Positions 1 to 11,003 of a DNA stretch of 64,000 bases are shown here, piece after piece. The stretch is from an uncultured virus (IMG/VR IMGVR_UViG_3300020048_000049) (taxonomy: Duplodnaviria; Heunggongvirae; Uroviricota; Caudoviricetes). Within the stretch, counting starts at the first letter, position 1; every line of letters begins with the position of its first letter. The stretch is from IMG/VR virus record IMGVR_UViG_3300020048_000049; one strand, 5' to 3'. A program made the position numbers and the translations under genes. The notes under the pieces are model-generated. The model saw only the letters and a program-made list of their open reading frames with translations. It made no database searches and was not told the origin of the DNA.

Positions 1-91
1 CTAAGTTAATCAGCGCAATTAATTCTGAGAAGAAAAGATTGCTTCGTGAAGAAATACGAATTAAAAAATTAGAAGAAAAAAGAGCTATATA

Positions 92-2000
92 ATGGCAAAG
101 AAGGAAAATGTAGCTAAAGAAAAAAAAGCACTTGTAGTTAATATTAGGAAACTAAAAACAAACTATGAGCTTAGATATGATTTTAGCAAAGTGCTTACAG
201 AGTATATTAAAACTNNNNNNNNNNNNNNNNNNNNNNNNNNNNNNTGTTAGAGTTGACAGCGTTATTGATATTGACGGTAACGAAAAAAGCGAGTGGGTTA
301 GATTAATTAGGGAGGTGGCTATGGGCCAAATTATCTCATTTTTAATAGATAATAATCTTTCTTTTGTATTTCAAAATGTACCAGAAGAAGATATTAATAA
401 ACTTAGACAAGAATATTTAGAAAGACAAAAAAGGCTTGGGTTAATTTTGCGTTTGAAAGCGGAGCAGTTAGTTGTTGATGATGCCCCTTTTTCTTTTATG
501 AAAATACAACCATATCATTATCAAAAACAAGCCGTAAAGTTTTTTGAAATAAATAATGGGATATCAATTTTAGGAGACCAGCCAGGTGTCGGTAAAACAC
601 TATCTGCATTAGCATATGCAGCAAAGCATAAATACAAAACTTTAGTAATTTGCCCAGCATCTTTAAAGTTAAATTGGAGAAAAGAAATATCTGAATTTAC
701 AAATGAAAAAGGTTTTATTTTTAAATTCAAACCAAAAAAGAAAAGTAAAATTGTTGCTTATAAAAAAGAAGAATCTCTTTTTCATATTGTAAACTATGAG
801 TCTTTAGAAACTTATTTAAAAATAGAGCATAAGCATGTATGTAAAGGGAGAAGAATTGTTCCAGGCAAAGGAACTGAAACTTGTAATACAGAAATTATTG
901 ACTTAAATAAAAAACATAAAGAGTGCCCTTTGTGCAAAACGCAAAATTCATTTAAATCTAAGATTGTTGGATATAAAGGATTTGCTGATGACTTTGGCCA
1001 GTTCATAGACCCTACTGAATATGATTTAATTGTAATTGATGAATTTCATAGAATTAAAGAAAAAAAGACTGGATGGACTCAAATAATAAAAGAAGCATTT
1101 AGAGATGTTATTCCTAGAAAACTATTACTATCTGGAACTGCAATTAAAAGTAGACCAGCAGAATTTTTTATGGGTCTTAATTTTCTTGACCCATTAAGTT
1201 GGAATAGTCAACACGATTTCGGAGTAAGATATTGCGCTGGATTTGAAGATACGTTTGGATGGAAGTATGATGGCGCCTCTAACTTAGAAGAGTTATATGA
1301 AAGAATGTCACCAGTATTTCTGAGAAGGCTTAAAAAAGATGTTTTATCTCATTTACCTCCTAAGACTTATACAAACATCCCTATTGAGTTAGACTCGGCT
1401 GAAAGTAAAGAGTATAATAGGCTATTAGAAGATTGTGTAAAAATAATTGATGGTAAAGAAGTAAAAGAAGGATATCTAGAAAAGGTCTTAAAATTAAAAC
1501 TATTCTTAGCGAAGTGTAAGTTAAAAAGAGTTGTTGAATTTATCCAAGAAGCGATTGATTCTGGCGAGAAAATAGTTATAATGTCTGATTTTCAGGAAAT
1601 TGCAGAAGCAATCCATGAACATTTTAAAGATGTTGCCGTGTTACATACTGGCGCAATGAGTGATAAAAAAATTAGACTTTTTTCTGGAATGGTTATAGCT
1701 TCTGGCGTTGGAATTACACTGACAGCAGCTAGCAAGCTTATGTTTATGGGTTTTGCATGGACTCCAAGTGATATGGAGCAGGCTGAGGATAGAATTCATA
1801 GAGCTTCAACTACCCATGATAACATTCAAATAATTACTCCTTACGTGATAGATACAATTGAAGAAGATATAATGGAATTATTAGAAGAAAAATCTCAAAT
1901 TGTAGGTAGAGTGCTTGATAATAAAGCAATTAAAAAAGATATAAAGAATGCTGATGATAGTATTTTGAAAAGTCTTTTTGGAAGAATGGGGTCTAAATAA
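92..2000 (+). CDS. SNF2/SMARCAL1-like SF2 helicase with Cys-rich insert
   Basis: Motifs DQPGVGKT, DEFH, LLSGT, LRRLKKDVL, GVGITLT, QAEDRIHR. True start probably ATG 92 (MAKKENV...), joined to the rest across the N gap at 215-243. Confidence 0.9.
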
Positions 2001-2070
2001 TATTTTAATATAGAGTTGGAATTTGTTTTTTTTCATATATTTATTATAAAAACAATTAAATTCCAACAAT

Positions 2071-2529
2071 ATGAAAATTAATCCTATAGAATTAAAGCAA
2101 ATTATTAAAGAAGAGGCTACTCGCCTTAAAAGAAGAATGATGTTAGAATCTGAAAAAGCAGCTATTCTTAAGCAGTTACAAGAAATGGAAGAGTATAGCT
2201 TAGAGGAAGATATGATGGATGAAGGTATATTTGATAAAGTTGGAGAGTTCATGGGAAGTAGAATGGACCCTGCCAAAGCTGCTGCGTATTTTAATCAAGT
2301 ATATATGAGCCCTAAAGGTAGACCAACATTTGATAATATTACAAAAACATTAAATATTACACCAGAAGTTCTTAAAGCTGCTATTATTAAATTTATAATA
2401 GAAAATAACGGAGCTCCTATTGTTGGTGGTGTAAAACCAAATGCTGTATGGGTTCCTGAAACTAAAAGCTTTAAAAGACAAGCTGGATTAGGTGGCCCAA
2501 CTAGTGGTACTGCAGCTTTTGCTGAATAA
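2071..2529 (+). CDS. Putative virion/head protein with N-terminal ELKQIIKEE tag
   Basis: ORF; upstream TATTTAT 2038-2044; tag shared with other ORFs. Confidence 0.55.
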   Translation: MKINPIELKQIIKEEATRLKRRMMLESEKAAILKQLQEMEEYSLEEDMMDEGIFDKVGEFMGSRMDPAKAAAYFNQVYMSPKGRPTFDNITKTLNITPEVLKAAIIKFIIENNGAPIVGGVKPNAVWVPETKSFKRQAGLGGPTSGTAAFAE

Positions 2530-2545
2530 AATTAAAATAATTTAT

Positions 2546-2582
2546 AAAAAAATCCGAACTTACAATAAGTTCGGATTTTTTT
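2546..2582. terminator. Bidirectional intrinsic terminator
   Basis: aaaaatccgaactt-acaat-aagttcggattttt between convergent genes. Confidence 0.85.
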
Positions 2583-2901
2583 ATAAATTATTTTTTTGAA
2601 CGTAATGGTTAAATTTTGGCGGATTTTTAACCATATCTGATAACCAAAAATTTGTCTGGATTTGAATGTTTAAAAAATTATATTTCCTGGTTGAAAATAT
2701 ATATAAAATTACCAACGATAAAAATACAATGGAATACAAAACAATTTCAGCCTGAGAAAGTTTGTTAAACAAAAAAATTAAGACTGGAATAGTCATTAAT
2801 AATAATATTTTACTAATAAAAGAAATTCTTTTAAAGATTAAGGCTTTTTTACAAGATTCCAATGTAAAGTCCTCTAGCGTGTATTTTTCATTTGTTTTCA
2901 T
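2581..2901 (-). CDS. Small membrane protein (2 TM)
   Basis: Two hydrophobic stretches; ECF-type promoter upstream (2908-2935). Confidence 0.6.
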   Translation of the reverse strand: MKTNEKYTLEDFTLESCKKALIFKRISFISKILLLMTIPVLIFLFNKLSQAEIVLYSIVFLSLVILYIFSTRKYNFLNIQIQTNFWLSDMVKNPPKFNHYVQKNNL

Positions 2902-2907
2902 ATATTG

Positions 2908-2935
2908 TTATACGTAATCTTTTTAAAAAAGTTTC
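2908..2935 (-). promoter_or_regulatory. ECF-sigma-like promoter GAAAC-N16-CGTATAA
   Basis: Minus strand GAAACTTTTTTAAAAAGATTACGTATAA; same spacing as five other copies. Confidence 0.65.
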
Positions 2936-2985
2936 ATGTATATAAATATGGAGGATTTTCTAACCTATTTATTTATAAAATTATT

Positions 2986-3879
2986 ATGGCTAAAAAGGGA
3001 GATATAGGCGCAGAGGTAACGGAAGTTCAGAAACTTTTATCATTACTTGGTTATGACCTTATTATTGATGGGAGCTTTGGAGATAAAACAGTTAGGTCTC
3101 TACAGGCATTTCAAAAAAAAATGGGCCTAGTATCTGATGGTATTGCAGGCCCTAAAACAATTGAAGCTTTAAAAGGGGCTCAAAAAAGAACAGCAAAAGA
3201 AGAAAAATCAAACCCTGGAGTTAAAAACTACGGGGAACTATCTGTTGAAACTAAATATCAGTTGCAGACAAGTCAATATTTAAAACAATCTACAAAAAAG
3301 GATAAAATATTTATTCACTTTACTGCTGGCGGACCAAACGCTGTAAATGTAATAAAATATTGGGATTCAAACGAAACACAAGTATCTACTTCGTTTGTAA
3401 TTGACGGGGAATCTGGCCAAATATTCGAATGCTTTAACCCTGATTACTGGAGTTTTCACTTAGGAATAAAAGGTACAAATGGAGCTTTAGATAAAACATC
3501 TATTGGAATTGAAATTTGCGCTTGGGGTCCTATCACAAAAAAAGGAGACAAATATTTCACATACGTTAATTCTGAGATATCAGAAGATAAAGTTTATAAA
3601 TTAGACAAACCATTTAGAGGATATACTTATTTTCATAAATTATCAGATGAACAATTTAAACAATTGGAATTATTGGTTGAATGGTTAATAAATGAATATG
3701 ATATTCCAGTTCAGAAAAGTTTTGATGAAAATTGGTTTGAATATCAACAGGGGGTTGTAGATAAAAGAACTCCTGGTATATGGACACATACTACAGTTAG
3801 GAAAGATAAAAGCGACATGTATCCAGATAAGAGATTAATTGATATGTTAAACAGATTAGGAAAAAAACATAATTCATAA
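2986..3879 (+). CDS. Endolysin: peptidoglycan-binding domain plus N-acetylmuramoyl-L-alanine amidase (Amidase_2)
   Basis: DGSFGDKT..FQKKMGL..DGIAGPKT PG-binding repeat; IHFTAG, SIGIEI, WTH..R.DK.D amidase motifs. Start moved to ATG 2986. Confidence 0.88.
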   Translation: MAKKGDIGAEVTEVQKLLSLLGYDLIIDGSFGDKTVRSLQAFQKKMGLVSDGIAGPKTIEALKGAQKRTAKEEKSNPGVKNYGELSVETKYQLQTSQYLKQSTKKDKIFIHFTAGGPNAVNVIKYWDSNETQVSTSFVIDGESGQIFECFNPDYWSFHLGIKGTNGALDKTSIGIEICAWGPITKKGDKYFTYVNSEISEDKVYKLDKPFRGYTYFHKLSDEQFKQLELLVEWLINEYDIPVQKSFDENWFEYQQGVVDKRTPGIWTHTTVRKDKSDMYPDKRLIDMLNRLGKKHNS

Positions 3880-4097
3880 TGGCGGCAAAAAATTGGACAG
3901 AAGCTGAGATAAAATCTCTAGTAAAAGATGCTCTTAAGCAAGAACTTAAGGATATGAAAAACACTATTGATGATGTTCAAAAAAAACAAAAAAAGCAAAC
4001 TGACGAAGAACAGGTTAAGGAAATAGTTAGAAAAACAATCGTTAACATGTACAAGTTTTTATGGCAAAAATCAAATAATTACATAAGAGAAATATAA
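3879..4097 (+). CDS. Small helical hypothetical protein (tagged)
   Basis: ORF coupled to the endolysin; EIKSLVKDAL and QVKEIVRKTI repeats. Confidence 0.6.
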   Translation: MAAKNWTEAEIKSLVKDALKQELKDMKNTIDDVQKKQKKQTDEEQVKEIVRKTIVNMYKFLWQKSNNYIREI

Positions 4098-4099
4098 TC

Positions 4100-4792
4100 A
4101 TGACTAGAGAGGACTTATTTAAATTAATACAGACAGAAATTCAAGCAGTTGCATTTGATTCTTTAAAAGAAAAAACTTTGAAAGAAAAAACAAAATCTAC
4201 TGATGATTACATGAATTCAAGAAGCTTGACTGATGCTGATGTTGACCACATTTTGTTTCACGGTGGCGCTCAACAGGAAAAGTTTAACATAAATGACAGA
4301 GTTGCATTAAAGGAAAATGCTGAGCCTACGCTTAAAATAACTACAACAGAAATAAAGGATTTTCAAAAAAGTTTTGAAGAAATAATGCAAAAAATCCCAG
4401 GAGCTTCTATTGTTTTTGATAAGCAGCCTAATGGGTATTCTATTTTAGCTACAAAAAGAGCCGATGGAGTTGAAGCAAAAGCATCTGGTATCATAAATTT
4501 AGGAGATGATGGTAAATTAATTTGGTCATATTCTTTATTAAGTGGTTTTAATTTAAATGCTCAAAATTTAAAATTAAATGAAAGTAACAAAGGAATGTTT
4601 GAAGAATTAACAAACCACTATAATGACTGGCAAAAACTATGGAGAAAGAATTTAAATTTACCAAGTGCTCCAGAAAATCCTAGTGCGCCAGCAGCACAGG
4701 GTAATGCATTGCCAGGTGCCGATATGGCTCCTGCAGACCAAAGTGCTCCTCCAGTAAGTTCTGGTGGTGCTCCAGCTCCAGCGGCTGCATAA
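4100..4792 (+). CDS. Hypothetical putative virion protein with Pro/Ala-rich tail
   Basis: ORF; N-terminal REDLFKLIQTEI. Confidence 0.6.
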   Translation: MTREDLFKLIQTEIQAVAFDSLKEKTLKEKTKSTDDYMNSRSLTDADVDHILFHGGAQQEKFNINDRVALKENAEPTLKITTTEIKDFQKSFEEIMQKIPGASIVFDKQPNGYSILATKRADGVEAKASGIINLGDDGKLIWSYSLLSGFNLNAQNLKLNESNKGMFEELTNHYNDWQKLWRKNLNLPSAPENPSAPAAQGNALPGADMAPADQSAPPVSSGGAPAPAAA

Positions 4793-4841
4793 TTTTAAAA
4801 ATTTTATTTACTTTTTTTGTTTCTTGTTTTATATTTTATGT

Positions 4842-5132
4842 ATGCACACAACGCAACAAATAATAGAAAATCAAGACAAGTTTAAGGATAATATTCTTAG
4901 CTCTTTTATTGAGGAAATAAAAGAAACAAAAAAAGAGCTTAGAAGTATTAAAACTGCTGATGAATTTATTTTAAAAGAAAAGGAAAAACTTATTAAAAAA
5001 TTCAAAAAAAACAGCACAATTGATTCTTTAAAAAAATATTTCTTTTTATCAAATAAAAGAGATGAGAAATTCTATGTTTGGTGGGATGTAAAGCAACAGG
5101 AAACTTTAATTTTAACTTATGGCAAAAAATAG
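4842..5132 (+). CDS. Hypothetical protein
   Basis: ORF; ATG 4842 preferred to GTG 4764. Confidence 0.55.
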   Translation: MHTTQQIIENQDKFKDNILSSFIEEIKETKKELRSIKTADEFILKEKEKLIKKFKKNSTIDSLKKYFFLSNKRDEKFYVWWDVKQQETLILTYGKK

Positions 5133-5631
5133 AAAAAACACATTACCAATTCTAATGGACATTAGATTTTACGGGTCTATGAATAAATTCGAAGAAACGT
5201 ATGGCGACCATATTAGCTATGCTGAAATCGAGCAAGAAAGCTATATCGACTTAAAAAGTATGATATTTGAAAAAATAAATCCAGAAATAAAAATTAGAAA
5301 ATTCAATAGAGATAAGCATATTCTAACTCTAAAGGCTGATATGTTAGATAAAGAATATCAGTTGCTTCAAGATATTATAGCAAATAAAGTTGTAAACGAA
5401 AGAGCTACTAATGATAAAAAATTAAATCCAGAAGGAGTTATAATTTACGATAGATTTAACTTTGTACATGATTTTATTATTTCAAGAGTTAAAATTATGA
5501 CAAATGAAGATTTGCTTTTATTAAAAAAAGCACCTATTTTAAGTGAAGAAGACATTGAGCAAGAAGAAGAAAAAATAACAGAAGTTTCACTGGATGAAGC
5601 CGAAGATTTAAGTAATGAAGATTTTGATTAA
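5119..5631 (+). CDS. Hypothetical protein with acidic C-terminus
   Basis: ORF track. Confidence 0.65.
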   Translation: MAKNRKNTLPILMDIRFYGSMNKFEETYGDHISYAEIEQESYIDLKSMIFEKINPEIKIRKFNRDKHILTLKADMLDKEYQLLQDIIANKVVNERATNDKKLNPEGVIIYDRFNFVHDFIISRVKIMTNEDLLLLKKAPILSEEDIEQEEEKITEVSLDEAEDLSNEDFD

Positions 5632-5655
5632 TATTTATTAATAAAAAAATATATT

Positions 5656-6462
5656 ATGGAACAATTAAGTGAAAATCAAAAACAGGATTTAATAAGAAAA
5701 AGACAAGAAATGCTCAGAAATATGGGTGTTAAAAACGCTGGCCAAATGATGAGCGAGTCTGTAGTCGGAAATGGCGCACAAACAGGTATGGCGGCAAAGC
5801 TTGCTGCTATAAGAAATGGTGGAGCTAAGGCTGAAATAAACAAATTCATAAGCGCTACTGGAAAAAATGCAGGCGGTGGAGGTGAATTTCAAGGAATACC
5901 AGAACCTACTAAAAGAAAAAATCCAAATCAGGCAAGCGAGCAAGTGAAGCCAGAATATAGTCAAAAACTTGAGAGTTTTGATGCTGGGCACAGTAGTGAA
6001 TTGGCTAGTATAGAAGCTCTTATGGGTGGAGATAGTATGTCATCAAGAGGCGGTTCTCAAATGATGTCACACAATCCTATGAGCCAAGAATTAAGTATAG
6101 ATTCAATGGTAATGCCTTCATTTAATCCTCAAGCTGTAATACAACAAAGAGCTAGGTCTCAAGCTCAGGCTCAAGCTCCAAGCGAAAGTCCTTATTTAAA
6201 ATTTGCAGGAGAACCAACACAACAAGACTTTGTTGAGGTTGATAATCAGCCTATGGCTAATATGGGCCAACTTCAAAAAATGATGGAGACAATAGCTAAG
6301 GGTATAGCTGAAAAAACAATTAAAAACGTTTTAAATGAATATTCTGAGCAACAAAAAGGTAAAGTGTTTTTTGAATATTACAATAAAGAAAAGAATATTA
6401 TAAAAACTCCAGACGGAAAATATTATAAATTAACTCAAGTAGAGTTTAAGAAAAAATCATAA
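5656..6462 (+). CDS. Hypothetical low-complexity Met/Gln-rich protein
   Basis: ORF; upstream TATTTAT 5632-5638. Confidence 0.65.
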   Translation: MEQLSENQKQDLIRKRQEMLRNMGVKNAGQMMSESVVGNGAQTGMAAKLAAIRNGGAKAEINKFISATGKNAGGGGEFQGIPEPTKRKNPNQASEQVKPEYSQKLESFDAGHSSELASIEALMGGDSMSSRGGSQMMSHNPMSQELSIDSMVMPSFNPQAVIQQRARSQAQAQAPSESPYLKFAGEPTQQDFVEVDNQPMANMGQLQKMMETIAKGIAEKTIKNVLNEYSEQQKGKVFFEYYNKEKNIIKTPDGKYYKLTQVEFKKKS

Positions 6463-6954
6463 GTCGCCCCAATTAAATTTATTGGTAAAAACAACTTTTG
6501 CCTTACTATTGGCTGGAACTTCTCCAGCCTTTAGTTTGTCTAAGAAATCTAAAGGCGTTGTTTTTAATGTTCTTACATCATCATTATTGGCTCTTGAGTG
6601 AAAAACATTTATTCTACACATTTCCACTAGCGATTTTTGAGAATAAGTTGAGTTTATTAACATAACCCAACCCTTTTCTATAGAAATATCTATATGCTGA
6701 GTGCTGTGGCAAGCCATACATAAAATATTACAAGGAGATTCTTCTGGCTTATCTTCATTTATTTCTATTACATGCATCATCAAGGCATCAGATGCCTTGC
6801 TTTCATCTAATGGATGAAACCCGCAACCTTGACAGGTAAAATTATCTCTTTTGAAAATTGATTTATTTAATTTATCATAAACTTCCTGACCAATCATTTT
6901 TTTAAATTGGTTGTCAGAAGGAGACATTCTTAATTTTAGCTCAAATTCTTCCAT
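6457..6954 (-). CDS. HNH-fold zinc protein resembling IcmJ/DotN
   Basis: IFKRDNFTCQGCGF...CMACH...SQKSLVEMCR; TATATTTG promoter element at 6974-6981 (minus). Confidence 0.6.
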   Translation of the reverse strand: MEEFELKLRMSPSDNQFKKMIGQEVYDKLNKSIFKRDNFTCQGCGFHPLDESKASDALMMHVIEINEDKPEESPCNILCMACHSTQHIDISIEKGWVMLINSTYSQKSLVEMCRINVFHSRANNDDVRTLKTTPLDFLDKLKAGEVPANSKAKVVFTNKFNWGDL

Positions 6955-7050
6955 TTAATTATTTTATTATAGGCAAATATAGTAAAAAAAAGACCAGACA
7001 ACTCAAAATTTATGATTTTTCTAAGTATTTATAAATAAAAATTAGACAAT

Positions 7051-8020
7051 ATGCAAAATTCATCTAGACAAATAACAAAAAGTGAACTTCAAAAATACAT
7101 CATTTCTGAAGCAATGAAGATGTTAAACGCTGGCGATACTATGGACGTTGACATGAACCAAAACGATAAAGAAGTAGGTTCTGATGGTAATCCTGGTACA
7201 GCTTTAGTTAAAATTAAAGAAAAAGGTGGTTTCGAAAAGAAAAGTAGCGCTCCTGCAGCAGCTGAAAACATAGACGAAACTGAAGAGGCTATGGACGTTG
7301 ATTTAAATCAAAATGATAAAGAGTTAGGTTCTGATGGTAAAGTTGCAGCGGCAGTTAGTGTTGAGGCTGGAAGCGGTACTAAAAAAGGAGATTCAATCGA
7401 AGGCATGAAAAATGCTAAATTTGACAGTAAAGATAAAAACCCGTCAACAGCTTCATCTACTCCTTTTGAAGAAAGAAAAGAAAAAGTTGATATGAATGCA
7501 ATGGATAAGACAACTGATGATGGCGCAAAAACTTACGTTGAAGCTGGTTCTGATATGTCTAAAGGAGATTCTACTGGCCAAGCTAAGGCTAATTGGTCTG
7601 AAGCTGCTAAAAACGAAAAAGAAAAAGCTGAGGNNNNNNNNNNNNNNNNNNNNNNNNNNNNNNAAAACTTTCAAAAACAAGAAAGAACTTTTAAGTTTTA
7701 TTAATGAGAACGCTAAAAAACTTTCTAGCGTTCTTATTGAGAGCGAAAAAAAGTTAATTAAAACAATTACTGAAAGAAAAAGTTTCCTTGCAGCTGATAT
7801 ACTTTCTGGGAAACACATTCAGGGCCACGAACCACTAAATGTGAGCACAGATTTTAAGCCTGGGTTTATTGTAGCACCAAATATGTCTTATGGCAGTCAG
7901 GCACACTTAGACCAAGAGTCTGGTAGTGTAACGGCAGTTGGGCCAAAAATTACTTACCAAAAGAAAAGTGGTTTAGTTTCAGCTGACCCAGCTGATTTAA
8001 TTATTATCAGATTTCACTAA
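7051..8020 (+). CDS. Repeat-containing putative head/scaffold protein (one gene split by N gap)
   Basis: Repeats MDVD(M/L)NQNDKE.GSDG and VEAGS..KGDS; frame continues after the gap at 7634-7663; N-terminal TKSELQKYIISEA. Confidence 0.6.
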
Positions 8021-8044
8021 CTAAAGAAAATAATATATTAAAAC

Positions 8045-8076
8045 AAAAAACCAAAGCCGAAAGCTTTGGTTTTTTG
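8045..8076 (+). terminator. Intrinsic terminator
   Basis: aaaaaccaaagc-cgaaa-gctttggtttttt. Confidence 0.85.
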
Positions 8077-8112
8077 TTTTATTATACTTATATTTTACAA
8101 AACTATACCAAA

Positions 8113-10125
8113 ATGATTTTAGATTTCAAAAAATACTCAGACAAATATTTATTTGTTAACCACGATACTCCTGAAGGTGATGTTTATTACTGTGATTGCG
8201 GTGAAATATTTACTAAAGAAGAAACTGATAAAGAATTAAAAAAAGAACTTGAAGAAGTTGGAAATTCAGCAATAAACCTAGTTGGAGATGACGATGAAAT
8301 GTCATCTGTTTTTAAGGATTTATATAAAGGAGTTAAACTTGGAACTGAAGAAGAAGTAAAATGTCCTGGATGTGCCAGGGACTTTCAAACTTCTTTTAAT
8401 AAAGAAAATTTTGTTGTAAATAATTTTCCATTCATATCTGGATATTCATTTGTTGAAAATGAGCAATCTTTATTTTTATATTATTCTGTAATAAAAACAG
8501 ATTTAAAGTCTATGGAAAAAGCAGACTTTTTAGAAGATTATAAATACTTAAGATTCGAAAAAGAAACAAAAAAATTATTTTTTAAAGATTTTTCATATCA
8601 TCCAAACTTAACAACGAAAGAGGTGGAGTTTGACTTAGATGAAGTTATATCTTATGTAAATAAATTTTTTGTATTCGAAACAACTAAAGTTATTAATCTG
8701 TTTGATATGCACTTGTTTATCGGAAGATTATCAAACTTCATCATGGACGCAAAGAACATTGATATTATTAATGAGTTGCTAGAAAACCTACGTTCTAAAG
8801 TGGGAGATTCTGGATTGGAAGTTATTAAAAAAATCACTTCTATATTTTTTGGAATAATAAAATATTCAAGTCTTTCTACTATTGCGATGACAAAGAATTC
8901 AATATTCCTATATGACCTTATGCTTGAGTGTAAAATACCAAAACCTCAAGTTATGATTGATAACGGAATTACATCTCCGATTAAAATATTTAATTTCTTG
9001 GTTCAAAATTATGTAGATAAATTAAGTGAAGAAGTTAATTCAGACAATAAATCCATACACGCATTTACTTTTAAATCAAAACAAAGAATTGATTATGATG
9101 ATAATGGTGAAAACGTAAGTGTGAAAGAACTTGATTCAGAGCATTCTAAGCAAATAACTTTTAGCAATAGCAATTCATATGAGACTGGAAAAGTAAAGAA
9201 AGATAAAGGGCAATATCAAGTTGAAGACGCTGTAGATGATGGCACCGTTTCTAAGTTTATATTCAAGAACATTAATAATTTCTCTGAATATAAAAAAATA
9301 ATTAAATTTTTTAAGCTTGTAAATAAGCAGGAATTAATTGTGCTATTGCAAAAATATGAAATAGATTTTTTAATAAATGTAATTGATTTAATTTATTTCA
9401 GAAATAAAATTAGTTATAAAGATTTAGAAAAAGTTCTAGATATTATATTGGATTATACGGCAATTAAATCGAAGGAAAACTGTGCAGTTATGGATGGTGT
9501 TTTAAGAATGAACTATTCATTCGTTAAATCTTTTAGTTTTATTGAATACGATGATACGCTAATGATGATGGAAGTATTAAAGTTTGACCCAAAGGTCGAT
9601 TTTAATAAAATAAGAACCTGGAAAGAATTAAACGAATATCATGATAATTTAGTTAAGTATTTCTCGGTATTAAAAGACGAAGAAAAGAACGGTTCTATCA
9701 TGGACTTTGTATCTAAATTTAGATTCTTAGAAAAATCTGATGATTATAGCGGGCCTTTAGAAATAAGATTATTATCTACTCCAGGCATGATTATAAATGA
9801 AGGTATTGAAATGAGACACAGTGCCTCTGCTTATGCTAGGAATGTTGCTCAGGGATGGTATTTAATAGGACAGGTTTATGATAAAGACCCTGCTAGAACA
9901 AACTCAGAACCAGCCAAATTTACTATTGGATTCAATTATGATAAGTTGGCAGGATTAGAATTCGACCAAGTAAAAGGATTTGCCAATGAACTTGGAGATG
10001 GTATTCCTAAAAAAACAGATAGATTTAAGAAACTGTTAATGGAGTGGTTGACTATAAAAGACATTTCATTTAGACCAATAAATGATTTAAAATTAAATGG
10101 AACTGGAGATGATACAGAACTTTAA
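8113..10125 (+). CDS. Large protein with N-terminal Zn ribbon and C-terminal PcfJ-like domain
   Basis: CDCG...CPGC; ELNEYHD..., EGIEMRHSASAY, QVKGFANE. Confidence 0.7.
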   Translation: MILDFKKYSDKYLFVNHDTPEGDVYYCDCGEIFTKEETDKELKKELEEVGNSAINLVGDDDEMSSVFKDLYKGVKLGTEEEVKCPGCARDFQTSFNKENFVVNNFPFISGYSFVENEQSLFLYYSVIKTDLKSMEKADFLEDYKYLRFEKETKKLFFKDFSYHPNLTTKEVEFDLDEVISYVNKFFVFETTKVINLFDMHLFIGRLSNFIMDAKNIDIINELLENLRSKVGDSGLEVIKKITSIFFGIIKYSSLSTIAMTKNSIFLYDLMLECKIPKPQVMIDNGITSPIKIFNFLVQNYVDKLSEEVNSDNKSIHAFTFKSKQRIDYDDNGENVSVKELDSEHSKQITFSNSNSYETGKVKKDKGQYQVEDAVDDGTVSKFIFKNINNFSEYKKIIKFFKLVNKQELIVLLQKYEIDFLINVIDLIYFRNKISYKDLEKVLDIILDYTAIKSKENCAVMDGVLRMNYSFVKSFSFIEYDDTLMMMEVLKFDPKVDFNKIRTWKELNEYHDNLVKYFSVLKDEEKNGSIMDFVSKFRFLEKSDDYSGPLEIRLLSTPGMIINEGIEMRHSASAYARNVAQGWYLIGQVYDKDPARTNSEPAKFTIGFNYDKLAGLEFDQVKGFANELGDGIPKKTDRFKKLLMEWLTIKDISFRPINDLKLNGTGDDTEL

Positions 10126-10495
10126 GTCAAGTATATTTTTATACAACAAACAAGATGAACTTATAACATATGCTGAATTAGATTCTAACGGGTCTTTGGC
10201 TAATTATTATAACATTAATGACAATATACTAACTAAATTAAATATCAATCGCTATAAGGAGAAAAACAAGCTATACACTGATATTGTTAAAACTAAAACA
10301 GAGTTCGATGGGGACTGCATGCTTTTTCATATGTTTTTTGATAAAGACGATAGTTATTGTAAGGTTGTAAAAAAGGGTTCTAAGCGAATTGAATATCCAA
10401 ATGTAATATCTACAGTACATTCTTACAATAACGATTTTATAGAATCTTTTACTATAAACCCATCTTTCTTACAAGATTGGGCTAAAAAGATGTAA
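10097..10495 (+). CDS. Hypothetical protein
   Basis: ORF track. Confidence 0.6.
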   Translation: MELEMIQNFKSSIFLYNKQDELITYAELDSNGSLANYYNINDNILTKLNINRYKEKNKLYTDIVKTKTEFDGDCMLFHMFFDKDDSYCKVVKKGSKRIEYPNVISTVHSYNNDFIESFTINPSFLQDWAKKM

Positions 10496-10533
10496 AACTT
10501 TATTTTTCAGGATATTTATTAGAAAATAATCCT

Positions 10534-11001
10534 ATGAAGATTAAAGATTACTATTTAGGTTTTTTAAGTGAAAGCGAAAACTATTTTCATGTTGATAGTG
10601 AGAGTGTTGGAGATGTTTTAGATGTTGATATAAACAAAAAAGAAGATTATATTAAGATTGATTTTGAAACTACTTACGGCAAGCCTACTAGTATCATAAC
10701 TAATTATTCAAGTTTTAGACAATGGTATTCAAATAATATCAATAAGTTTACAGATGTTTTCAAGGCCTTTATAACAGAATTTTTAGCCAACTCAAAAGAG
10801 GAAAAAAATGAGCCTATAGTTAATGAAATAGTAGATGATGAAGGTAACATAATGTCAAGTGATGACAAGCCGAATAATTCTACTAATTCAATGGTTGGTT
10901 CTAAAAACACTTGGGATTTAGAAAAAGTTTACAAATCATCAATGCCTAGGTCGGTAAGATATATGAATGGTTCATATGGTAGAGGTGGAATAGTCTGGTA
11001 A
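10534..11001 (+). CDS. Hypothetical putative late protein
   Basis: ORF; TATTTAT 10513-10519. Confidence 0.6.
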   Translation: MKIKDYYLGFLSESENYFHVDSESVGDVLDVDINKKEDYIKIDFETTYGKPTSIITNYSSFRQWYSNNINKFTDVFKAFITEFLANSKEEKNEPIVNEIVDDEGNIMSSDDKPNNSTNSMVGSKNTWDLEKVYKSSMPRSVRYMNGSYGRGGIVW

Positions 11002-11003
11002 TT

